Positions 21,682 through 30,506 of a DNA stretch of 64,000 bases are shown here, in pieces. Each line of letters begins with the position of its first letter. The first letter of the stretch is position 1. A model generated the notes under the pieces. That model did not search any database and was not told the DNA's origin. It was given only the letters and a program-made list of their open reading frames with translations. This DNA comes from Candidatus Hydrogenedentota bacterium (GTDB lineage: Bacteria; Hydrogenedentota; Hydrogenedentia; Hydrogenedentales; SLHB01): assembly GCA_963674865.2 (NCBI GenBank), contig CAXXYE010000008.1, positions 384,001 to 448,000 of the forward strand, read 5' to 3'. The translations under genes and the position numbers were made by a program.

Positions 21682-22143
21682 CTAACTTCTGCTATCTTCA
21701 ACGGAGCGGCACTGGGCGCACACGCCCTTTACCTCCAAGTGCAGCGACACAGGTTCACCCAATGCCTCTGCCTCCTCCGGGAATTCGACGTTTTCCAGAT
21801 GCGGCGAGCGGAAATCGCGGATCAGTCCGCAACGGACACAGACAAAGTGGTGGTGCGGCCCCATATTCGCATCGAAGCGCAGACGTTCATGGCTCATCCC
21901 CACCACGGAAACGAGGCCATGCTCAACAAGCATCTTCAGATTTCGGTAGACGGTGTCAGGAGAGATGGTTGGGATGCGTTCCCTCACGCGGCGATGCACC
22001 GTCTCGACATCCGGATGCTCTTCCGTCGAAGCCAACTCGCGAAAGATCTCCAAACGCTGATGGGTGACTTTCACCCCGCGGTCGACACAGGCCTGCCTGA
22101 AGGCATGCATGCGTGCATCGACAATATGTGAAGGAAGCGACAT
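21682..22143 (-). CDS. Fur-family (PerR-like) peroxide-stress regulator
   Basis: T.QR, EHPD, TVYRNL, RFD...HHHFVCxxC, CxxC. Directly upstream of katG. The start lies downstream of the promoter (22143 or later). Confidence 0.9.
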   Translation of the reverse strand: MSLPSHIVDARMHAFRQACVDRGVKVTHQRLEIFRELASTEEHPDVETVHRRVRERIPTISPDTVYRNLKMLVEHGLVSVVGMSHERLRFDANMGPHHHFVCVRCGLIRDFRSPHLENVEFPEEAEALGEPVSLHLEVKGVCAQCRSVEDSRS

Positions 22144-22158
22144 CAGCCCAAGCGCAGT

Positions 22159-22208
22159 TAAGAACAAATCCTAAATAGGATTATATCCTATCTTTCGCGT
22201 GCTGTCAA
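22159..22208 (-). promoter_or_regulatory. Consensus sigma70 promoter overlapped by tandem palindromic operators
   Basis: TTGACA (22208-22203)-N17-TATAAT (22185-22180). TAGGAT-N3-ATCCTA at 22176-22190 and TAAGAA-N3-ATCCTA at 22159-22173. Confidence 0.85.
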
Positions 22209-22241
22209 CCCCTTGCCTTGCCGAAAACGTCCCTTATTCCT

Positions 22242-22688
22242 TCATTTCAAGCCGGGGCACCACACCGGCTTCGGCTGTTGGGCCCCCCAGTTCTTCAATC
22301 CCATGGCCTTCATCTTCTTCATATTCTCCACGGTGGCCCGATGATGGTCCCATTCGTCAGCGGCGAACGCTTCGACCTTGTCGCACGGGAAGCCGTCGCA
22401 CTCGAAACAGTAGCGGAGGCCCTTCGCCTCGGCGCAAGGACGGAACGGACAGTCCGCCCAGCACTGTTGCTCAAAAGAGCCCCTGCACCCGGCGCACTCG
22501 CCCTTCTTGCGTGCTCCGCACTTGGCGCAGTTCAAGCCACAGACGGCGATATCCCAGTCCAGTGTGCTCAAGGTGTCTGCGTCTGCCTCGCGTTGTGACA
22601 GGGCTTCTCCATCCCTACGTGTGGTGCAACCGAGGACGCCGGAAGCACAGCCACACGCAAGGCAGCCCATGAAGGTGCGTCTATCCAT
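22242..22688 (-). CDS. DUF3795-like Cys-rich protein with Tat-like signal
   Basis: MDRRTF leader; CGLNCAKC...CAGC...CPFRPCA...YCFECDGFPC. Confidence 0.8.
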   Translation of the reverse strand: MDRRTFMGCLACGCASGVLGCTTRRDGEALSQREADADTLSTLDWDIAVCGLNCAKCGARKKGECAGCRGSFEQQCWADCPFRPCAEAKGLRYCFECDGFPCDKVEAFAADEWDHHRATVENMKKMKAMGLKNWGAQQPKPVWCPGLK

Positions 22689-22969
22689 CGTTCTTTCTCC
22701 TTGGCGCGAGGACAGGCCTCGGCGGCGATGCCCGCTACGTGGATGGGCTTAAGGGTGGGGCGGACGACATGAGTACGTGCCACGTATCCGTCAAGCCACT
22801 CGAACAGAAACGAGCGGCCGGAATCCGGTGGCGTGCGCCGCCCCCTTTCGCCCAATTCACCTTGTTAGTTTATTGGCGTTGCCTATTCGTGTCAAAGGGC
22901 AGGGGTCCGTTCGTTACACTGGGTCTTTACACGGACGTGGCGGCTCACCATGGCGCGAGCAAGAGGCGG

Positions 22970-23465
22970 CGCACGGCAAGACGGGCCAACAATTACATTC
23001 CCGTTCCTCTGGCGTGCTCACTACGGAGTGACTGTTTACTTGCTCCAACGCGCCGGTTTCCGCCAGGCCTCGATGACGTGCGGCAGGGCGCTTGTCCCGC
23101 CGGTGTTGCGTATGCCTGTGGCGAGCTCTTTTTCCATGCGCCGGCTGCTGCGGGAGAGAAACGAGCATTGGGCGGCAACGCGGCTGAATACGGTAAGGCC
23201 GATGATGTACTGGCCCACGTCGTTGAAATGGCAGGCATCCGCGGTGAGCAGCCACGTCGCTCCCTCGAGGATATGGTAGACGTCCACAAAGAGCGCGCCA
23301 AGTTCCGCGGCCATCTGCTCAATGGCCGCGTTATAGGCGAGTACCAGTTCGTCGCCCGGTTTGTTGAACTTGCCGAACCAGTCCGCATACTTGGGGTCCG
23401 ACCACGTCGCGGCATCGTACTGTAAGTTCCAGTAAGGCCCCACCAGTACGACGAGGGCCTCGGGC
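22970..23465 (-). pseudogene. Duplicated 3' half of the SGNH hydrolase gene plus downstream DNA (direct repeat of ~26704-27199)
   Basis: Near-identical sequence. No 5' half or start. Confidence 0.9.
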
Positions 23466-23517
23466 CGGACTCCCAGGACTCGCGGCGTTCACAAGGGACT
23501 TGTCGACGGTTTCCGCG

Positions 23518-24255
23518 TCATACAATCCACCGCCTCCTTATGTTGCGGAGGCTTATGGCGAAGAGGGCAGTACAGAAGGCTGCTAATGCGGCGAGACTGA
23601 GCGCATAGGGCATGGTTGCGGCCTCACGGATGGCGCCGTGGAGAATGTCGGCGCCGTAGGTAAGGGGGAGCGCGTACGAGAAGGGGCGCAAGAACGGGGG
23701 GAGCTTCTCGATCGGAAAGAAGAGGCCGCACAGGAAGATCATGGGGAAGCGGAAGAAATTGGAGAAGGTCTGCGCCTCGAAGACCTCGCTAACGGATACG
23801 GCCACGAACAAGCCGAGAAAGGTCGAACTAACGGCGATCAGCAACACGGCCGGTAGAAGCGCCACCCAGTTTACCCCCGACAGGTCGACGAGGAATGCGG
23901 CCATCAGGACCGGCACGAAGGCGTTGGCCATGCCGAAAAGAATAGCGCCGGCGGTCTTGGCCAGCATGAGCAGTTCGAGCGGGATAGGGGCCAACAGCAA
24001 GCGCTCGAAGGAGCGCCCCTTCTTCTCGAAGGTAACTGTGACGGCCAGCATCGAGGTTGTGCCGAAAAGCACGGAGACGGCCATCACGCCCGGCAAGACC
24101 GTTTGGATGCTCTCCAGCCCCGATCCGGACTTGATGAAGAACATGGCCGTCCAGGCAAGAGGAAAGACCAGCCCCCAACTGATATTGGGGGGCTTCAGAT
24201 AGTAGGACCGCATGTCCTTGGCCAGAATGCTCCAGAAAGCGATCCAGCGTTTCAT
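23518..24255 (-). CDS. ABC-2 type exporter permease
   Basis: Six hydrophobic segments; ERLLLAP; FLCGLFFPIEKLP; LPLTY. Confidence 0.92.
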   Translation of the reverse strand: MKRWIAFWSILAKDMRSYYLKPPNISWGLVFPLAWTAMFFIKSGSGLESIQTVLPGVMAVSVLFGTTSMLAVTVTFEKKGRSFERLLLAPIPLELLMLAKTAGAILFGMANAFVPVLMAAFLVDLSGVNWVALLPAVLLIAVSSTFLGLFVAVSVSEVFEAQTFSNFFRFPMIFLCGLFFPIEKLPPFLRPFSYALPLTYGADILHGAIREAATMPYALSLAALAAFCTALFAISLRNIRRRWIV

Positions 24256-25238
24256 GCGCCGGCTCCTTTGCTCTGCTTTTCGCGTTCCTGCTTCATAACG
24301 CTCGCTTCGATGCCGGTGACGTATACGAAGACGTCCTCAAGCGAGGGGCGGATCTTGCGTGCTTCGGACACTTCCTCGCCGCGGTCTTCGAAGAGGCGCA
24401 CCAACGGCCCGATGCGAATGGGTTCACGAGATTCGACGCGGAGGACCTGGGGCGAGACTTCTTGGGGCTGAAGCTCAGGGAAAGTGTCTCCGACCGCCGC
24501 GCACAGGGCGGCCACACCGCCGGACACCCCAAACTCGACCACGTGACGGTCCTGGGCGTCGCGCATCAGGGCCTTGACGGTGTCGGTGCGGACGATGCGC
24601 CCCTGGACGATGAAGCCAATGCGCCGGCAAAGTCGCTCGGCTTCCTCGATGTAGTGGGTGGTCAGGAGGATTGTTGTGCCGCCGGAATTCAGGTCGGCGA
24701 TCAACTGGCGAATCTGTCGTGCGCTGGCCACGTCGATACCGGTGGTCGGCTCGTCCAGGAACATAATCGGCGGTCTGTGGATAATCCCGGCGGCGATGGT
24801 CAGTTTGCGTTTCATACCCTTGGAATAGCCGGCGAACTTGCGCCCCGCCGCTTGCGCCAGCCCGAAGGATTCCAGCAGTTCGCGCGCCCGCTTTTCACGT
24901 TCCCGCCGGGGCATGCCATAGAGCGCGCCGCAGAAACAGAGATTCTCGTAGCCGGTCAACTCGGGATACAGATTGCTCTCATCCGGCACAACGCCCATCA
25001 GGTGCTGGGCGGCCTTCGGGTTGCGCGAGCAATCAATGCCCGCAATACGAATTGTCCCGGCGTCGGGTCGCGCTAGGCCCGTAAGCATGTTGATGGTCGT
25101 GGTCTTGCCTGCGCCATTCGGGCCAAGGAAACCAAAGAGTCCGCCCTCCTCCACTTCGAAGCTGACGGACTCGACTGCCTTGGCCTCGCCGAAGCGTTTC
25201 GCCAGATCGGAAACTGCGATTGCCCTAGAAACACTCAT
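24252..25238 (-). CDS. ABC exporter ATP-binding protein (DrrA-like)
   Basis: GPNGAGKTT, YSKGMKRKL, LDEPTTG, TTHY, PSLEDVF. Confidence 0.95.
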   Translation of the reverse strand: MSVSRAIAVSDLAKRFGEAKAVESVSFEVEEGGLFGFLGPNGAGKTTTINMLTGLARPDAGTIRIAGIDCSRNPKAAQHLMGVVPDESNLYPELTGYENLCFCGALYGMPRREREKRARELLESFGLAQAAGRKFAGYSKGMKRKLTIAAGIIHRPPIMFLDEPTTGIDVASARQIRQLIADLNSGGTTILLTTHYIEEAERLCRRIGFIVQGRIVRTDTVKALMRDAQDRHVVEFGVSGGVAALCAAVGDTFPELQPQEVSPQVLRVESREPIRIGPLVRLFEDRGEEVSEARKIRPSLEDVFVYVTGIEASVMKQEREKQSKGAGA

Positions 25239-25288
25239 CTGGTGCACCTTTTCGCGACAACGATGTCTTTCGCATCGCGAGCGCGTTC

Positions 25289-25636
25289 TCAACTCGCCGT
25301 GACTGCGTATGTGTTCTTATCGGGATCCCATTGCCGGCGTATCAGGCTGTGGCTTTCCAGCTCTTTCAGCGCGTCTGCCAGATCCTCAAGACTTACCGGT
25401 ATCGCGTCGGCGATCTGCGACTGCATCATGGAACCGCCGTGTTGACGCAACATGGATAGGATTTCGCGGTGGGGATGGGGAAGACTCTTGCGTTCCATTG
25501 GCGACAGTCCGTCCGAGGCTATGGTTCGTCGATGAACAAGCCAGAGGACGATTCCGATTACGCAAGCGAGAGCGATGACCGCCGCGCCAATCTGCCAAGG
25601 TTCGGCGCCGCCGAGAATGTGGTGTCCGTGTCCCAT
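25289..25636 (-). CDS. Membrane-anchored winged-HTH protein
   Basis: MGHGHH, a single TM segment, then EIL.ML...GGSMMQSQIA...LKELE...LIRR. Confidence 0.7.
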   Translation of the reverse strand: MGHGHHILGGAEPWQIGAAVIALACVIGIVLWLVHRRTIASDGLSPMERKSLPHPHREILSMLRQHGGSMMQSQIADAIPVSLEDLADALKELESHSLIRRQWDPDKNTYAVTAS

Positions 25637-25701
25637 GTCTCAAGTCCTCCTTGTGAAAGGGCTGGTGGCAATTGAGCCGCCGCCGCCTCATAGCAGGTAC
25701 G

Positions 25702-25839
25702 TTACTTTCGCTCCGACTTCTGCACACAGGGGTGCTCGTGCCTCGTCCCGTGACATTTCCTGATCTGCTCGGGCGAGCATTCCTCGGGCTTGCCCTTCAG
25801 GTTCTCCGGCTTCTCGCAGCACTGCTGTTTCTCACACAT
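25702..25839 (-). CDS. 45-aa Cys/His-rich peptide (below the ORF-track cutoff)
   Basis: MCEKQQCCEKPENLKGKPEECSPEQIRKCHGTRHEHPCVQKSERK with SD AAGGAGGT. Confidence 0.8.
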   Translation of the reverse strand: MCEKQQCCEKPENLKGKPEECSPEQIRKCHGTRHEHPCVQKSERK

Positions 25840-25901
25840 GATGTACCTCCTTTTGATTAAGTGGCCGCGCGGAGACTATTCCGCGTGGCAAAAAAACACG
25901 T

Positions 25902-26189
25902 CTACTTCTTCTTGTCCACATTGAGCAGCCTCTGGGCTGTTTCTCCCCAGTCAGTGAGCGTCGATTCGTTCACCCGGTAATGCACGAAGTACCCCTTCTT
26001 TTCCGCTCTCACAATCTCTGCATCTCGCAGCACGCGCAGGTGCTGCGACACTGCGGCCGGGGTGATATCCAGCGCGCGGGCCAGGGCATTGACACAGAGC
26101 GTCCTACTCTTGAGCAGGTCAATCATACGCACGCGCGTCTCCACTGAAAGGACTTTGAAGATTCGGGCGAGTCTATCCGTTTCGTCCAT
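25902..26189 (-). CDS. ArsR/SmtB-family regulator
   Basis: FKVLS.ETR..MI.LL, LCVNALA, AVSQHLRVLR, GYFVHY. Confidence 0.93.
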   Translation of the reverse strand: MDETDRLARIFKVLSVETRVRMIDLLKSRTLCVNALARALDITPAAVSQHLRVLRDAEIVRAEKKGYFVHYRVNESTLTDWGETAQRLLNVDKKK

Positions 26190-26205
26190 GAGCGCAGGCC
26201 TTTTA

Positions 26206-26253
26206 ATTAAGTATAAACGCGGATACTATAGGGTTTCTGCGGGCTGGTGTCAA
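26206..26253 (-). promoter_or_regulatory. sigma70 promoter of the ArsR gene with a downstream candidate operator
   Basis: TTGACA (26253-26248)-N17-TATAGT (26230-26225). The motif ATTAAGT-N5-CGCGGA-N-ACTAT also occurs at ~25856-25879. Confidence 0.65.
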
Positions 26254-26633
26254 CATGGAGATTCATGGTCCAGAAACGACGCCCTTCCGCTCACGTCGCG
26301 CAGAAGAGCAAGGCAAGAAGACTGGCCAAGCGGGTAACTCCCCGTTCCACCCGTGAAGGAGAATCGGGCTTCTTATCCGGCAGCCAGAACAGCGTGCTTG
26401 CCGTATTGACCAGTGTGAAGTCGCAGCTCTTACGCCGCCACCAAACCGTAACTTAAGTTCGCCTCCCCATGTGTTCTACTTTCGCTGAGGGTGAACAATA
26501 GACCTCTTATGCCTCAGAAAGCGCATGGGCAAGGTGCATGAGGAACCAACGAAACCAACCATGGCTACACCGGGCCAAACTGTGACTTGCTTTTGTGCCC
26601 CAGAAACTCCCATTCACACTGACGATTGGCACC

Positions 26634-26692
26634 AATTGAGTATTGTGTCCCCAAGACTCCGCCTCCCCAAGACTCCGCCAAGACTCCCCAAG
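26634..26692. repeat. Solo right terminus of the GGGGACACAATAC family with stuttered CCAAGACTCC units
   Basis: AATTGAGTATTGTGTCCCCAAGACTCC followed by two more CCAAGACTCC. Confidence 0.75.
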
Positions 26693-26769
26693 GTGGGTTC
26701 TGAGCACGGACAACACGGGCCTACAACTACATTCCCGTTCCCCTGGCGTACTCACTGCGGGGCGAGAGC

Positions 26770-27588
26770 CTACTTGCTCCAACGCTCCGGCTTCCGCCAG
26801 GCCTCGATGACGTGCGGCAGGGCGCTTGTCCCGCCGGTGTTGTGTATGCCTGTGGCGAGCTCTTTTTCCATGCGCCGGCTGCCGCGGGAGAGAAACGAGC
26901 ATTGGGCGGCAACGCGGCTGAATACGGTAAGGCCGATGATGTACTGGCCCACGTCGTTGAAATGGCAGGCATCCGCGGTGAGCAGCCACGTCGCTCCCTC
27001 GAGGATATGGTAGACGTCCACAAAGAGCGCGCCAAGTTCCGCGGCCATCTGCTCAATGGCCGCGTTATAGGCGAGTACCAGTTCGTCGCCCGGTTTGTTG
27101 AACTTGCCGAACCAGTCCGCATACTTGGGGTCCGACCACGTCGCGGCATCGTACTGTAAGTTCCAGTAAGGCCCCACCAATACGACGAGGGCCTCGGGCA
27201 GGCGCTCCATGGTGTTGGCCACAATCGTCCGGTAGTCCTTGATGAAGCTTTCCAGCGCATGGCCGCAACGTGAATCGTTCAAGCCGTACGCGAAAACGGC
27301 CATATCCGGGCGGTAGTCGATCATGTCGGATTCGTAGCGCTCCAGGGCGGACGGCGCGGTGTGGTACAGCGGCTCTTTCTCATACCCGGGGGCGTTCGGA
27401 CTGATGACGTTGGCCGGGATAGCGTTGTTGAACACGCGGACGGGCCCGTCCTGAAAATCGGTGATGTGGTCGCCAAGTACCTGCACCCATTCGTTCTTCG
27501 GCTGGCTCGCACTCATCCCGTAGGCATTGGATTCCCCCATGACGACAAGGCGGCCTACGGGAGTCTTTCGGTGGCATTGCCTAATCAT
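26770..27588 (-). CDS. SGNH/GDSL hydrolase
   Basis: MGESNAYG (block I), YGLND (block III), DACH.N..G (block V). Confidence 0.88.
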   Translation of the reverse strand: MIRQCHRKTPVGRLVVMGESNAYGMSASQPKNEWVQVLGDHITDFQDGPVRVFNNAIPANVISPNAPGYEKEPLYHTAPSALERYESDMIDYRPDMAVFAYGLNDSRCGHALESFIKDYRTIVANTMERLPEALVVLVGPYWNLQYDAATWSDPKYADWFGKFNKPGDELVLAYNAAIEQMAAELGALFVDVYHILEGATWLLTADACHFNDVGQYIIGLTVFSRVAAQCSFLSRGSRRMEKELATGIHNTGGTSALPHVIEAWRKPERWSK

Positions 27589-27649
27589 CTCGCGTTCTCC
27601 TCAATCGAGCGTATGGACAGGGCCGTTGTGGGGCGGCCGAGGGGCGCGG

Positions 27650-28474
27650 CTATTCCAGTTTGTTGAGATGCACGTCCATCTGCGGGAAGGGGATGCTAAT
27701 GCCGGCTTTGTCGAGAGCCATCTTCACCGAACGTACCGTTGCATCGCGAACGTCCCAGTAGTCGGCCGTATCACACCAAACGCGTACGACCCAATCCACT
27801 GAGGATGCGCCCAATTCAAGGAGCAGGATCTGGGCCGGCGGCTCTTCGATGCGCCCGGGAACCGCGAGGGCGGCCTGGGCCAGGACCTCACGCGTTTGAT
27901 CGATGTCCGCGGTGTAGGAAACACCCACCGAAACGTCCACACGCCGGATATCGTGGAAGGTGATGTTCTCGATGGTCGCACCGAAGACGGAACTGTTGGG
28001 CAGGATGATGCGGCGGTTGTCCGGTGTGTCGAGGGACGTGGTGAAGAGGTCGATCTCACAGACTTTTCCGAGTTCGCCGCAGACGTTGACAACATCGCCC
28101 ACCTTGAATGGGCGAAAGAGCAGCAGCATGATGCCCGATGAGAAGTTGGACAAGGAGCCCTGAAACGCCAGTCCTATGGCGAGGCCCGCGGCGCCGATGA
28201 CGGCGGCGAAGGTCGTGACTTCAACGCCAAAGACGGTCAGGCACGTTAGAAAGGCGAGGACAAGGACGGCCCAACGCGCCAGCCTCGCCAGGAACTTGGC
28301 CAGCGTCTCTTCGACCTTGGCGCGTGTCAGGCCGCGGACGACCATCCGGCCGAGCCATCCGGCCAGCAGCCATGCCGCGAAGAGCATGGCAAGCGCGCCC
28401 AGACCACGTGTCCCGTAAGTCGTGACTTGAGTCATTAATTCATCGCTAGCCAAGTACTCGGTCAGAGATTCCAT
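27650..28474 (-). CDS. mscS: Small-conductance mechanosensitive channel
   Basis: AAGLAIGLAFQGSLSNFSSG..LLLFRPFKVGD, IILPN, GISIPFPQMDVH. Confidence 0.95.
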   Translation of the reverse strand: MESLTEYLASDELMTQVTTYGTRGLGALAMLFAAWLLAGWLGRMVVRGLTRAKVEETLAKFLARLARWAVLVLAFLTCLTVFGVEVTTFAAVIGAAGLAIGLAFQGSLSNFSSGIMLLLFRPFKVGDVVNVCGELGKVCEIDLFTTSLDTPDNRRIILPNSSVFGATIENITFHDIRRVDVSVGVSYTADIDQTREVLAQAALAVPGRIEEPPAQILLLELGASSVDWVVRVWCDTADYWDVRDATVRSVKMALDKAGISIPFPQMDVHLNKLE

Positions 28475-28643
28475 GACCTTCCTCCCCATTGCACGCGACT
28501 CGCTCTCCCGACAGCGCGGCCTTCTACATACGGATGTGTCCGCCGCCACTGCAACTGCGTTTGCACCATGATATGCGCAAACACACTCGCCGTCAACGCC
28601 CCCCTGCCGCTGTGGTCCCCGACTCGGCGTTAATAGCTCTCAT

Positions 28644-28858
28644 TAGAGGGTGTGAGGGTTGAAACACTCCGGGGGTGATAGTTTGCAGAGAGGGTTCGGG
28701 CGCTGTAACCTATTAGACAGCATTTGTTTAACCTATATGACGCGCCCTGCGAGGGTGATAGTAGGAGGGTTTCTTTAGAAACCCTCCTACGGGGCGGAAA
28801 AAGTTAGAGGGTTTTATGAAAAACCCTCTAACTGTCTACAACCCTCTACCAACCCTCA
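28644..28858. repeat. Iteron-like cluster of direct and inverted GAGGGT/ACCCTC repeats in AT-richer DNA
   Basis: About ten GAGGGT or ACCCTC copies, including TTAGAGGGTTTT-atga-AAAACCCTCTAA. Confidence 0.65.
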
Positions 28859-29012
28859 CCCCGGCCAAGGCCTCCGGTGTCGTGCGAGGCGGCCCATGTT
28901 TGGGCCAACCCCTTGGCCTTCAATGACTTGACGCGGTGCGGGGCGAAGGGACTGCGGATTCTCCCGGACGAGGTGCATCTTCACAATCGCCCATGCTATA
29001 ACCGGGCTCAGT

Positions 29013-29163
29013 GGAGGCGTTGAAAAGGTCTGGAGTTGCTGCACGCAGGCCGCGAAAGGACCTGGGACAGTCCCGTCTGCGTCCTCCTGCGGCGGACTCC
29101 GCTTGGGACAGTCCCGATCTTTCGCTCAACCTCTGGGGCGAATGCGACTTTTTCAACAGCTCC
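29013..29163. mobile_element. ~150 bp MITE with GGAG.. GTTGAAAA termini and two GGGACAGTCCC palindromes
   Basis: GGAGGCGTTGAAAA ... TTTTCAACAGCTCC; TGGGACAGTCCCG twice inside. Confidence 0.65.
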
Positions 29164-29239
29164 TCTGCCGCCCATGTGAGGTAGGATGTCCCATGCCGGG
29201 GCGCTTTCCCCTCTTGGCGTTCACACGATTGGAGGCAAG

Positions 29240-30298
29240 ATGAAGTACAAGCCTGATTGGCCGGAGGCGCGTGTGCGGCTATCGGCCCTGTGGGCCGGGG
29301 AGGCGACGGATCGCCCCTGTATCGCGGTGACGGCGCCGAGCGGCAAGAACATCCCCGCGCCGGGCTGCCCGGACGCGCCCGAGGGCCGCTGGCTCGATCC
29401 CGACTGGGTGACGCGTGCGGCGTTTGCCCACCTCGAGAACACGTGGTGGGGCGGCGAGGCCGTCCCTTCGTGTCTGCTCAACGGTGGATGGATGATATCC
29501 CTCGGCGGCCGGCCGCATTTCAGCCCCGATACCATCTGGTTCGATACCTTTCCCGTCGATTTCGGCCGCCCATCGCCCTTCCGGCACCATCCGGACGATC
29601 CCTGGGTGAAGAAGCACGAGGCCGTCTACCTCGCCGTGGCCGAGCTCGCCGGGAAAGATGACTTCCTCGTCGGCCAGCCCTGCCTCCTGCCGGCCAACGA
29701 CCTGCTCTCGATGCACATGGGCACGGGCGACTTCCTGTCGGCCCTCCTCGAGCATCCCGAGTGGATGGAAGACGCCATTGTCCAAGGCGCGCGCGATCTC
29801 CTGGGCGCCCGCTGCGCCCTGCGGGATCTTATTGCCCCCCGGCATGACTTCTGGTACGGCACCGCGGGCTGGATGCCTTTGTGGGCGCCCGAGCCGTATC
29901 TCAGCACCCAGTCGGACGTGTCCTGCATGCTTTCGCCGGACTTGTACGAGCGGTTCGTGCTCCCCGAACTCGACATCTACGCCGGGGAGTTCGACGCCAT
30001 CTGGTACCACCTCGACGGCGGCGACGCGCGGCATCACCTGCCCCGGCTGCTATCGCTCCCCTACATCCGCGTCATCCAATACGTGCCCGCGCCCGTCGAG
30101 CCGCCGAACGGGCCCGCCCACCTCGAGATGTACCGGCAAATTCAGCAAGCGGGTAGGATTGTGCACGTGGAGTTGCCCAAAGAGAACATCGCGCCGCTGA
30201 TCAAGGGACTCGATCCCGGCCTGCTCATGCTGCAAACCCGCTGCGAGAGCATCGACGAAGGCCAAGGCCTCCTGGAATCGGCCAAGGGATGGATGTGA
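29240..30298 (+). CDS. UroD/MtaA-fold protein (cobamide methyltransferase-like)
   Basis: QSDVSCMLSP.LYERFVLPEL, WYHLDG, IQYVP. SD GGAGG. Confidence 0.8.
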   Translation: MKYKPDWPEARVRLSALWAGEATDRPCIAVTAPSGKNIPAPGCPDAPEGRWLDPDWVTRAAFAHLENTWWGGEAVPSCLLNGGWMISLGGRPHFSPDTIWFDTFPVDFGRPSPFRHHPDDPWVKKHEAVYLAVAELAGKDDFLVGQPCLLPANDLLSMHMGTGDFLSALLEHPEWMEDAIVQGARDLLGARCALRDLIAPRHDFWYGTAGWMPLWAPEPYLSTQSDVSCMLSPDLYERFVLPELDIYAGEFDAIWYHLDGGDARHHLPRLLSLPYIRVIQYVPAPVEPPNGPAHLEMYRQIQQAGRIVHVELPKENIAPLIKGLDPGLLMLQTRCESIDEGQGLLESAKGWM

Positions 30299-30417
30299 GC
30301 GGAGGAAGATACGACTGGACGGGCGATTGGCGAGAATACGAAACGCCTATGACCTGACGGCGCGGCAAATGCAGGTCTGGTAGCGCGCTGTGGCGCATAG
30401 GCAATTCGAAAGACGTC

Positions 30418-30446
30418 TTGACAGCAATACTCGTTTCTCGTAGTAT
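30418..30446 (+). promoter_or_regulatory. sigma70 promoter
   Basis: TTGACA-N17-TAGTAT upstream of 30507. Confidence 0.6.
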
Positions 30447-30506
30447 GCCACGGGGTTTGGGGTCTGTAATGAGTCTATCTTTCAGTCCAACGCGGAGGGA
30501 CCTGTC

